64,000 nt of DNA, taken from NCBI GenBank assembly GCA_031459625.1, contig JAVKIH010000011.1:6817-70816 (forward strand). Reading direction: 5' to 3'. Positions 20,402 to 28,495 of this stretch are shown here, piece after piece. Made by a program: the position numbers and the translations under genes. Source of the DNA: Candidatus Geohabitans tengchongensis (GTDB taxonomy: Bacteria; Sysuimicrobiota; Sysuimicrobiia; Sysuimicrobiales; Humicultoraceae). How positions within the stretch are numbered: position 1 is the first letter of the stretch; each line of letters starts with the position of its first letter. The notes beneath the pieces were generated by a model that did not search any database, was not told the origin of the DNA, and saw nothing but the letters and a program-made list of their open reading frames with translations.

Positions 20402-20637
20402 ACCCCGAAACCCCGCCCCGGGTGGCTCGTCCGGCCCCCGGCGCGTCTCGGTCCACCGCCTCCTCGGAGCCCCGGCACCCTCCAGGAGATTTCAGGCGAA
20501 TCTATCGTCCAGTCGGTCAATTTCGGTCTCTTGAGATATCGACACCGTCCACGCCCTCGGCCTAGACTGCGGTCGATCCAGGGGACCAACCGGGCGGATC
20601 GACTCCACGCGCGCCAGGCGCTGATCCGAGGGATGGT

Positions 20638-20871
20638 ATGCCTGAGCCCGTGTACCTCAATGCGCGCGCCGAGCAGTGCTCCATTGCCGGGATCGAGCAG
20701 GGCCGCCGGCTGATCAGGTACGCAGGGGCGCACTACCTCCTCGTCGGGCTGTACTTCGCGCGCTCCCAGGACGGGCAGCGCGACCTCTTCTACATCTTGC
20801 GGGCGCTCTCGACCAATGGGGCTGGAACGCGCGCCCCGGTCTCGATGGGTGGACCTCCCGGAGGTCGGTGA
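20638..20871 (+). CDS. hypothetical small protein (77 aa) in the leader of the glycan locus
   Basis: Third-codon positions are strongly G/C over the first ~60 codons. Composition is not the Arg/Pro/Gly-rich shadow type (contains Y, F, I, N, Q). GAGGGA lies upstream of the ATG. I recognise no family. Confidence 0.4.
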   Translation: MPEPVYLNARAEQCSIAGIEQGRRLIRYAGAHYLLVGLYFARSQDGQRDLFYILRALSTNGAGTRAPVSMGGPPGGR

Positions 20872-20922
20872 GACCACCGGAGGGCACGGCGATGGAGAAC
20901 GGCAGCCGGAGGTGACGGGATC

Positions 20923-21855
20923 GTGAAGGGACCGCTGTGGAAGGTGGCCGTGATGGCTGTCGTCATCGCCCTCCCGCTGGCGCAGGCCCTGCCGGTGCTG
21001 GGCCAGCAACCGGCCGTGCCGTCGGACTACCGCCTCCGCCCCGGTGATGTGATCGAGATCCTGGTGATGGGCGAGGCGGACCTCACCCGCACGGTGACCA
21101 TCCGGCCGGACGGGAAGATCAGTTACCCGCTGCTGGGCGACGTCCCCGTGGCGGGGATGACCGCCGCGGAAGTGGCCGACTCTCTGGCCGCGCTCCTGCG
21201 CAAGTACCTCCGGAACCCGGTCGTCACCGTTACGGTGACGCAGATCCGACAGGATCGCGCCTTCGTCTACCTCCTGGGTCCGGGGGTGGCCCGTCCGGGA
21301 TCCTACGAGATCCAGCCCGGCTGGACGGTCATGGAGGCCATCGCCAGCGCCGGGGGGCTGGCCCCCCGTGCCAACCTGCGCCGCGCCGTCCTCATCCGGC
21401 GAGGGAAGGCCGACCCCGTGCCGCTCGACCTGGAGCGCCTGGTCCTGCGCGGCGACCAGAGCGCGAACATGGCGGTCGAGCCCGGCGACATCATCCTCGT
21501 CCCCAGCCAGCAGAACCGGGTGCTGGTCCTGGGCGCGGTGCGCTCCCCGGGTGCCTATGACGTCGACGACGGCGCCCGCCTGGTGGACGCCATCTCGCTG
21601 GCCGGCGGGCCGGCCGACCGGGCCGGCATTCGGCAGATCGGGATCATCCGGCAAGGTGCCGACGGGAAGATGGCCGTGACGACGGTGAACTTCGAGCGCG
21701 TCCTGCGCCAGGGTGATGCCACCCAGAACCCGCTCCTGCAGCACGGGGACATCGTCTACATCCCGCCGGACACGCGGGTGAACTGGCTCGACGTACTCTC
21801 CTGGCTGACCGGCCTCCGGCTCATCCAGGCGGTCTTCGGGATCCCCGGCCCCTGA
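20923..21855 (+). CDS. polysaccharide export protein (Wza-like; Poly_export plus SLBB domains)
   Basis: Signal peptide, then PGDVIEILVMGEADLTRTVTIRPDGKISYPLLGDVPVAGMTAAEVADSL (Poly_export motif) and two SLBB-like repeats (GAVRSPGAYDV...). Amphipathic C-terminal tail NWLDVLSWLTGLRLIQAVFG. Confidence 0.85.
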   Translation: MKGPLWKVAVMAVVIALPLAQALPVLGQQPAVPSDYRLRPGDVIEILVMGEADLTRTVTIRPDGKISYPLLGDVPVAGMTAAEVADSLAALLRKYLRNPVVTVTVTQIRQDRAFVYLLGPGVARPGSYEIQPGWTVMEAIASAGGLAPRANLRRAVLIRRGKADPVPLDLERLVLRGDQSANMAVEPGDIILVPSQQNRVLVLGAVRSPGAYDVDDGARLVDAISLAGGPADRAGIRQIGIIRQGADGKMAVTTVNFERVLRQGDATQNPLLQHGDIVYIPPDTRVNWLDVLSWLTGLRLIQAVFGIPGP

Positions 21856-21901
21856 GGGCGGGGTGAGCAGGGCATCGCATCCGCCGTGGGGGAGAGGCGA
21901 C

Positions 21902-23524
21902 ATGGGTGAGCAGAGCGCAACGGGACAGTACCTGAAGGCGATCAAGCGCCGGTGGTGGATCCCCGTGTTGCTGGCGGCCGTCGCCGTCGTGGGCGTCTAC
22001 TACCGGATGGGGGCGGTGCCTCCAGTTTATCAGGCCAGCACGGTCCTCCTCGTGACGGCGCCACCCCTGATGCCGCCGGAGGTGCCCGGCGCGGAAGCGG
22101 GAGCGGCGGCGGGCGCGTTCCGGGCGACCCGCATCGACGCGGTGGAGGCGGACGTTCGGGAGCTCCTCCGTACCCGCGTCCTGGCCGAGCGCGTGGGACG
22201 CCGGGCTGGTCGGGCGGACATCGCCGAGGTGCAGCGCAGCCTCACCGTGACGAACCCGCGGGATACCAACCTGATTCGCATTCAGGCACGGGCCAGTACG
22301 CCGGCAGCGGCCGCCGGGTTGGCCAACGCGGCCGCCCGTGAACTGATCGGGTACTTCCGCCAGGCCAACTCCCATGATGCCCGGGAGGCCCGACGGTTCA
22401 TCGAGACCCAGCGGGGTGAGGTGCTGGAGCGCCTCCAGGCGGTGGAGCGGCGCCTGTTGCGGCTGCAGGGCCTGGCGACGATCGAGGGCGCCCCAGGGGC
22501 GATTGTGGGACGCTACTACGAGGCGCTGGGTGAGCTCGACAACACGCGGCGGACGATTCGGGAGCTGGATGCCCGCCTGGCCGCGGCGAGCCGCCGTCTG
22601 GGTCGGGAGAGCTCGACCCGAGTCTCGGAGACGGCGCGGCTGGACAACCCGGTCTTCCGTCAGATCCAGTCGCGGCTGGTCGAGTTGGAGATGCAGCGCA
22701 TCGAGCTGTCGCAGCAGTACACCGACGCTCACCCGCGAATGCAGCAGCTGGCGGCCCAGATCGATGAGATGCGTCGTCGGCTGGCTACGGAGACGGAGAC
22801 GCTGGTCGGTCGCCAGGTCCTCGCTCCCAACCCCATCCACGAGCGGCTGGTTGGTGATCTGGTCAACCTGCAGGTGGAGCGGGCGGGGGCGGTGGCGCGC
22901 GCCCAGGCCCTCGAGGCGGACGTCCAGCGGCGCCGGGCAGCGGTGCAGGCTCTCCCCGGCATCCAGGCCCGGCTGGGGGCGCTCATGCGCGAGCACGAGA
23001 TCCTGCAGAACAACTACCGGCTCCTCTCGGAGCGCCTCCAGGAGGCGGTGCTGCGCGAGAACGTGGCGGCGTACTTCCCCACGGGCCTGCAGGTGGTCGA
23101 CCCGGCGGTGGCGCCGCGGCGGCCGCAGCCGACCTCACTGCCCCGAACGGCCGCCGCTGGCGCGCTGGCGGGCGTCCTGCTCGGGTTGCTCGCCGCCCTC
23201 ACCCTGGAGACGGGCGACGACAAGATCCGCACCCGCGACGACGCCGAGCGGGCGCTGGGAGTGCCGGTGCTCGCCGAGATTCCCCACGCGGCGCCCCCGC
23301 GGCTCAGTCCGGCAGTCTGGGGCCTGGCCGTCCTGCTGGTCGTCGGTCTGCTCGGCGGCGGGCTGGGCCTGAGCGCCTATGCCGATGCCCGCCTCGGCCC
23401 CGGCCACCCGGCCGGAGCGCTCGCCCGGCTGCCGCTGGTCCGTCCGGCGGCCGATCGGGTGGCCCAGGCCGCGGGGTGGTTTGACGTCCAGCCGGTCCGC
23501 ACGACCGTCGAGACCGGCCGGTGA
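21902..23524 (+). CDS. polysaccharide co-polymerase (Wzz/GumC-type chain-length determinant, PCP family)
   Basis: N-terminal YLKAIKRRWWIPVLLAAVAVVGVYY (Wzz motif plus TM1), a long coiled-coil-like periplasmic region, and a second TM near the C-terminus. ATG 21902 has a better RBS than GTG 21863. Confidence 0.8.
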   Translation: MGEQSATGQYLKAIKRRWWIPVLLAAVAVVGVYYRMGAVPPVYQASTVLLVTAPPLMPPEVPGAEAGAAAGAFRATRIDAVEADVRELLRTRVLAERVGRRAGRADIAEVQRSLTVTNPRDTNLIRIQARASTPAAAAGLANAAARELIGYFRQANSHDAREARRFIETQRGEVLERLQAVERRLLRLQGLATIEGAPGAIVGRYYEALGELDNTRRTIRELDARLAAASRRLGRESSTRVSETARLDNPVFRQIQSRLVELEMQRIELSQQYTDAHPRMQQLAAQIDEMRRRLATETETLVGRQVLAPNPIHERLVGDLVNLQVERAGAVARAQALEADVQRRRAAVQALPGIQARLGALMREHEILQNNYRLLSERLQEAVLRENVAAYFPTGLQVVDPAVAPRRPQPTSLPRTAAAGALAGVLLGLLAALTLETGDDKIRTRDDAERALGVPVLAEIPHAAPPRLSPAVWGLAVLLVVGLLGGGLGLSAYADARLGPGHPAGALARLPLVRPAADRVAQAAGWFDVQPVRTTVETGR

Positions 23525-23534
23525 GGAGGCACGG

Positions 23535-24197
23535 ATGAGCAGGAACGGGTTCTACACCGTTACGGGGATGAAGCAGGGGTCCTCGTTCGTCGAAGCCTAC
23601 GGCTTGCTGGTGGTCAACCTGATCCTGGGGCACAACGGCACCCCGGTTCACTGCCTGGCCGTCACGGCGGCACGTGAGGGAGACGGGGCCACCACCACGG
23701 CGGTGAACATCGGGCTCACCCTGGCGCAGATCGGCCGTGCCACACTCCTGGTGGAGGCCAACCTGCGCACGCCAGCCTTTGAGAAAGTCTTCAAGCTGAA
23801 GGACGGTCCGGGCCTGGTTGACGTGCTGACCGGGGCGAAGCCGGTGAAGGAGGCCGTCCGGCCGACCGGAACCGCCAACCTGTCCGTGCTGACGGCCGGC
23901 AAGCCCAAGGGCTCTCCGCACGCACTGCTCGACCCCCGGCGGATCGAGACCCTGGTGCAGCAGCTGCGACAGGGATACGACTTCGTGGTCTTCGATACCG
24001 CGGCACTGTTGAAGTACCCGGACACCCTCAACCTGGTGAGGGCGGTGGATGGCATTCTCCTGGTGGTCCCGGTGCATGACGCCTCGGGACGGACTCAGCA
24101 GGAGATGCGCCGGCGGCTGGAGCGGGTTGAAGCCAAGGTGCTCGGGGCGGTGCTGAACCGCGTGCCACCGGCTCAGGTGGCGGCGGTCATGGGCTGA
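23535..24197 (+). CDS. BY-kinase-like P-loop ATPase domain protein (CpsD/EpsB-like) with degenerate Walker A
   Basis: Collinear with BY-kinase catalytic domains: LLVEANLR (Walker A'), FVVFDTAA (Walker B), DGILLVVP, LGAVLNRV. Walker A reads REGDGATT (Ala52 where Lys is expected, codon 23688-23690). There is no C-terminal Tyr cluster. Confidence 0.75.
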   Translation: MSRNGFYTVTGMKQGSSFVEAYGLLVVNLILGHNGTPVHCLAVTAAREGDGATTTAVNIGLTLAQIGRATLLVEANLRTPAFEKVFKLKDGPGLVDVLTGAKPVKEAVRPTGTANLSVLTAGKPKGSPHALLDPRRIETLVQQLRQGYDFVVFDTAALLKYPDTLNLVRAVDGILLVVPVHDASGRTQQEMRRRLERVEAKVLGAVLNRVPPAQVAAVMG

Positions 24198-24225
24198 GAC
24201 GGGACTGGAGGCCAGCGTCGCGACC

Positions 24226-24732
24226 GTGAGCTGCGCCTGGTATGCCGTTCAGACCAAGCCCCGGGCCGAGGAGCGCGTCTCGCGCTGGCTGCGCGAGCGT
24301 CACCACATTCGGGTCTTCCTGCCCAAGCTCGCCGTGCCCAAGTGGCGGCGCCAGCGACGCGTCACGGTCATCGAGACGCTCTTCCCGTCGTACCTGTTCG
24401 TGTGGATGTCGCTGGATCCGGGACCCTGGTACGCCGTGAAGTGGACGCCGGGGGTCCGGGCCATCGTCACCACCGGTGAGGTGCCGGTGCCTGTCCCCGA
24501 CGAAGCCATCCATTTCCTGATGGATCGGTCGGTGGACGGCGGCGTGATCCCCTGGCAGCCGCGGTACCCGGCCGGGTCCACTGTGCGCGTGCTGCGCGGA
24601 CCGTTTGCCGGCCTGGTGGGCATCCTGGAACGCCCCACCACCAGGCAGGAACGCGTCCGGGTGCTGCTGAGCCTCCTGGGCCGGCCGACGCCGGTGGAGG
24701 TGGACATCCTGGATCTCGAGGAGGTCTCCTGA
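24226..24732 (+). CDS. NusG paralog (RfaH/LoaP/UpxY-like specialised transcription antiterminator)
   Basis: NGN start WYAVQTKPRAEERVSRWL..FLPK, and KOW motif GSTVRVLRGPFAGLVGILE. 168 aa. Embedded in a polysaccharide locus. Confidence 0.8.
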   Translation: MSCAWYAVQTKPRAEERVSRWLRERHHIRVFLPKLAVPKWRRQRRVTVIETLFPSYLFVWMSLDPGPWYAVKWTPGVRAIVTTGEVPVPVPDEAIHFLMDRSVDGGVIPWQPRYPAGSTVRVLRGPFAGLVGILERPTTRQERVRVLLSLLGRPTPVEVDILDLEEVS

Positions 24733-24844
24733 CCGCTCCCGCCTCGGGAGTGTGGTCGGCACCGCGTAGACCACAACCTCCTCGCCACGTCGGGTGGAGA
24801 GTCCGACCACCCAACGGCGGAGCCATGCCCCTGACACCATCGCC

Positions 24845-26179
24845 ATGGCCACGCTGACCCGCGCGACCCACCGACCGATCCGCTCCTTCGACGAGCGGGT
24901 ACGGGCCCGCCAGGCCACGGTGGCGGTGGTCGGACTCGGGTATGTCGGCCTGCCGCTGGCCGTGGCGTATGCCGAGGCCGGCTTCCCCGTGGTAGGCGTC
25001 GACATCGACCCCGACAAGGTGGCCACGGTGAATGCCGGGCGCTCGCCCATCGGTGAAGTCTCCGACGCCACCATGGCTCAGGTCGTGGCCCACGGTCGCC
25101 TGCGAGCCACCGGCACCGCTGAAGCCCTGGCCGGGGCGGACGTGATCTTCATCTGCGTGCCCACGCCCTGCACGCGCAACAAGGAGCCGGACACGACCTT
25201 CATCCGCCAGGCGGCCGAGGGAATCGCTGCGCATGCTCGTCCCGACCAGCTCGTCATCCTCCGCAGTACGAGCTACCCCGGGACGACCGAGGAGCTGGTG
25301 CGGCCGGCACTGGAGCAGCGGGGGTGGCGGGTGGGTCGCGACCTCTTCCTGGCCTTCGCCCCCGAACGAGTGGACCCGGGACGTCGCGACTACGGGATCC
25401 GCAACACGCCCGTGCTCGTGGGCGGGTGCGACCCCGAGAGCACCCGGCGGGCCAGGCTGGTGCTCAGCCAGGTGACGGACCGCGTCGTCTCGATGTCCTC
25501 GCCGGCGGCGGCCGAGATGGCCAAGCTGCTGGAGAACGTCTTCCGCAATGTGAACATCGCGCTGGTGAACCAGCTGGCCGTGCTCTGCGACCGGATGGGG
25601 CTGAACATCTGGGAGATCGTCGACGCCGCGGCCACCAAGCCCTACGGCTTCCTGGCCTTCCGCCCCGGGCCGGGCGTGGGGGGGCACTGCATTCCGGTCG
25701 ACCCGTACTACCTGGCCTGGAAGGCCCGGGAGTACGACTTCCACATGGACTTCATCGAGCTGGCGGCCCGCATCAACGACGACATGCCCTATTACGTCGC
25801 CAACAAACTCATCCTCGCCCTCAATGGTGCACGCCCAGGTCGCCGGCGCCGGGTGCTGGTGCTGGGGGTGACGTTCAAGCGGGACGTCGACGACTACCGG
25901 GACTCCCCGGCGCTGAAGGTCATCGAGCTGCTCACGAAAGCGGGCGTGCAGGTGGACTACTACGACCCCTATGTGGCCGTCCTGCCGCTGAACGGGAGGA
26001 CGCTGCGGCGGCGGCCACTCACCCCGCAGCTCCTGCGGGCGGTGGACTGCGTGGCCATCCTCACGGACCACTCCACCGTCGACTACGCTCGGGTCGTCCG
26101 CCACGCCCGCAGGGTCTTTGACGCCCGGAATGCCACTGCCCACGTCCGCCGGGAGCGCGACAAGATCATCACCCTCTGA
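24845..26179 (+). CDS. nucleotide-sugar dehydrogenase (UDP-ManNAc/UDP-GlcNAc dehydrogenase-like, WecC/Cap5O type)
   Basis: VAVVGLGYVGLPLAVAYA Rossmann motif, GPGVGGHCIPVDP catalytic Cys motif, C-terminal UDPG_MGDH domain. The start could instead be GTG 24794. Confidence 0.85.
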   Translation: MATLTRATHRPIRSFDERVRARQATVAVVGLGYVGLPLAVAYAEAGFPVVGVDIDPDKVATVNAGRSPIGEVSDATMAQVVAHGRLRATGTAEALAGADVIFICVPTPCTRNKEPDTTFIRQAAEGIAAHARPDQLVILRSTSYPGTTEELVRPALEQRGWRVGRDLFLAFAPERVDPGRRDYGIRNTPVLVGGCDPESTRRARLVLSQVTDRVVSMSSPAAAEMAKLLENVFRNVNIALVNQLAVLCDRMGLNIWEIVDAAATKPYGFLAFRPGPGVGGHCIPVDPYYLAWKAREYDFHMDFIELAARINDDMPYYVANKLILALNGARPGRRRRVLVLGVTFKRDVDDYRDSPALKVIELLTKAGVQVDYYDPYVAVLPLNGRTLRRRPLTPQLLRAVDCVAILTDHSTVDYARVVRHARRVFDARNATAHVRRERDKIITL

Positions 26180-27377
26180 CCCCCGCCAGGCCCCGGCGCC
26201 GCTCGGGGCCGGGCCGGCCGTCCTGCAGGTCATCCAGGAGGGGACGCTGCGCGGGGCTGAGGTCTTCGCCCTGGACCTGTCGGCCGCGCTGCGCCGGGCG
26301 GGCTGGTCGGTGGTGCTGCTGAGTCTCTTCCGGGTCGAGGCGAGTTTCGCCGAGGCGGCTGCCGCGGCAGAGGTGCCGCTCGTGACGGTGGCGGCGGGAG
26401 GCCGGGCGGCCGGCTTCGACCCTCGGGTGCTGGTCGGAGTGCGCAGGCACATCGTGCGCGGGCGGTTCGGCGTGGTCCAGGCCAACGGTGCGGCGACCCT
26501 GAAATACCTGGCTGCGGCCCGGCTGACGGGCCGCGAGCCCTGGACGCTCGTCTACCGGGCCATCGGGATAGGCTCGTTCTGGCGCCGGGGGTGGCGCGGC
26601 CGCCTCTACCGTCCGTTGCTGCAGCGGCCCCACCGGATCGTCGCGGTCTCCGGGGCGGTGCGGGACGACCTGACGGCCTCGGGGGTTTCGCCGCAGCGGG
26701 TCGTGGTGATTCCGAACGCGGTGGACCCCGCCCGCCTGGCCGGCCACCCGCTAGAGCGGGCTGCCGTCCGCTCCCGCCTGGGCATCGGGGAGGAGGAGCG
26801 CGTCCTGGTCTACGCAGGGAGCTTTTCGCCCGAAAAACAGGTCCCCGCTGTCCTCGAAGTGGTTCGGCGGTGCCGTGCCAGCGGCCTCCCGGTGCGTGCG
26901 ATCCTCGTCGGGGACGGCCCCGAGCGCGGTGTCCTGGCAGAGGCGCTGGGCCACGACGGTCTGCGGCAGGCTGTCGCGCTCCTGCCACCCCACCCGCGCG
27001 TGGCGCCGTTCCTGCGCGCAGCCGACCTCTGCCTGCTGCCCAGCCGGACAGAGGGCATGCCCGCGCTGCTCATCGAGGCCGGCCTCCTCGGCGTCCCCGC
27101 CGTCGCCTACCGCGTGGGCGGGGTGGGGGAGGTGGTCGAGAACGGCGTCACCGGCACCCTGGTCCCGCCGGGAGACCTCTCCGGGCTGGCGGCCGCCGTC
27201 ATGGCCCTCCTGCGCGATGACGCCCGCCGTCAGGCCATGGGGCGGGCCGCGGTCGCCCGCTGCCGGCGGTTTACGATCGACGCGGTGGCCAGCACCTATG
27301 CGGCGCTCTACCAGGGCCTGATGCCCCATGGGGTCGGGCGCCCATCTACAGGCGATGGAGCGGGGCGATGGGCGTGA
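26118..27377 (+). CDS. glycosyltransferase family 4 (GT-B)
   Basis: C-terminal LLPSRTEGMPALLIEAGLLGVPAVAYRVGGVGEVV (E-x7-E-like region). The N-terminus is uncertain: ATG 26118 overlaps the upstream gene by 62 nt, and the conserved domain begins near 26220. Confidence 0.75.
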   Translation: MTPGMPLPTSAGSATRSSPSDPRQAPAPLGAGPAVLQVIQEGTLRGAEVFALDLSAALRRAGWSVVLLSLFRVEASFAEAAAAAEVPLVTVAAGGRAAGFDPRVLVGVRRHIVRGRFGVVQANGAATLKYLAAARLTGREPWTLVYRAIGIGSFWRRGWRGRLYRPLLQRPHRIVAVSGAVRDDLTASGVSPQRVVVIPNAVDPARLAGHPLERAAVRSRLGIGEEERVLVYAGSFSPEKQVPAVLEVVRRCRASGLPVRAILVGDGPERGVLAEALGHDGLRQAVALLPPHPRVAPFLRAADLCLLPSRTEGMPALLIEAGLLGVPAVAYRVGGVGEVVENGVTGTLVPPGDLSGLAAAVMALLRDDARRQAMGRAAVARCRRFTIDAVASTYAALYQGLMPHGVGRPSTGDGAGRWA

Positions 27378-28495
27378 CACCGCACCGCCTGCGGGTGCTG
27401 CTGGTGATCAAAGGGCTGGGCGTGGGAGGTGCGGAGCGGCTCCTCGAGCGGGCCATCCCCTACCTGGACCGGGAAACCTTCGAGTACCAGGTGGCCTATC
27501 TGCTGCCCTGGAAGGATGCCCTCGTCCCGCCGTTCCGGGCCGCCGGCATCCCGGTGCACTGCCTGGAGTACCGCGCTCCGCTGGACCTGCGCGTGATCCG
27601 TCGGTTCCGTGCCCTCGTTCGGCGTGAGCGGTTCGCCCTGGTCCACGCTCACCTCCCTGTGGCCGGGCTGCTGGCACGGCTGGGCCGGCGCCTGGGAGAT
27701 GTCCCGCGGGTGATCTACACCGAGCACGGCCTGCCGTCCCACTATCGCTGGCCCACCCGGTGGGCCAACGTCCTCACCTACCGGTGGGCTGACGCCGTGA
27801 TCGCGGTCTCCGAGGCGGTGGCCGCGGGCGTGCGTCCCTACATCAAGGGGGACCGTCCGCGCCTGGTGACGATCGTGAACGCGGTCGACGCCGACGGGAT
27901 GACGACCACCCCGGAAAGCCGTGAGGCGGTACGCAGGGAATTCGGGATCCCGGCGGACGCACCGCTCGTCGTAACGGTCGGCAATCTCCGTCCGGTCAAG
28001 GGCCACGCCGTGCTGCTGACGGCGGCGCGGCGGGTGCTGGCGGCCGAGCCCCGGGCGCGTTTCCTCATCGTGGGGGTGGGCCCATTGGCTGAGCACCTGC
28101 CGCGGGAGGCCCGGCGCCTCGGGCTGGATGGCCAGGTGATCTTCACGGGCTTCCGCGCCGATGCGACCTCGATTATCGCGGCGTCGGACGTCTACGTCCT
28201 GCCATCGCTCGACGAGGGGCTCCCCGTCAGCCTGCTAGAGGCGATGGCCCTGGGGCGGGCGGTCGTGGCTACGCGCGTCGGCGGGATTCCCGAGGTCGTC
28301 CTCCCGGACCGCACCGGGATTCTGGTGGAGCCCAACGACCCGGAGCGCCTGGCCTGGGAAGTGCTGGGACTGCTGCAGACCCCCGAGCGTCGTCGGCAAC
28401 TGGGCGAGGCCGCACAGGCGGCGGCCCGACAGCGGTACGGTATGGGGCCCATGGTGACGGCCATCGAGCAGCTCTACCGGGAGGTGGTCGCGTAA
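27368..28495 (+). CDS. glycosyltransferase family 4 (GT-B)
   Basis: LRVLLVIKGLGVGGAERL N-terminus, and VLPSLDEGLPVSLLEAMALGRAVVATRVGGIPEVV C-terminal motif. Confidence 0.85.
   Translation: MGVTPHRLRVLLVIKGLGVGGAERLLERAIPYLDRETFEYQVAYLLPWKDALVPPFRAAGIPVHCLEYRAPLDLRVIRRFRALVRRERFALVHAHLPVAGLLARLGRRLGDVPRVIYTEHGLPSHYRWPTRWANVLTYRWADAVIAVSEAVAAGVRPYIKGDRPRLVTIVNAVDADGMTTTPESREAVRREFGIPADAPLVVTVGNLRPVKGHAVLLTAARRVLAAEPRARFLIVGVGPLAEHLPREARRLGLDGQVIFTGFRADATSIIAASDVYVLPSLDEGLPVSLLEAMALGRAVVATRVGGIPEVVLPDRTGILVEPNDPERLAWEVLGLLQTPERRRQLGEAAQAAARQRYGMGPMVTAIEQLYREVVA

Noticed and set aside
20402-20637. A c-di-GMP (GEMM-type) or other known riboswitch in the glycan leader, and a sigma-70-type promoter there.
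   Set aside because: I could not recognise the conserved GEMM cores by eye. Candidate -35/-10 hexamer pairs (for example TTGAGA...TAGACT) have unsuitable spacing. A covariance-model scan (Rfam/Infernal) would be needed to decide.
24734-24743. A 10-nt match (CGCTCCCGCC) to the 3' acceptor end of tRNA-Asp, as a possible distal att site.
   Set aside because: Too short and GC-rich to be meaningful in 64 kb of GC-rich DNA. It falls in an operon-internal spacer between the NusG paralog and the dehydrogenase gene.
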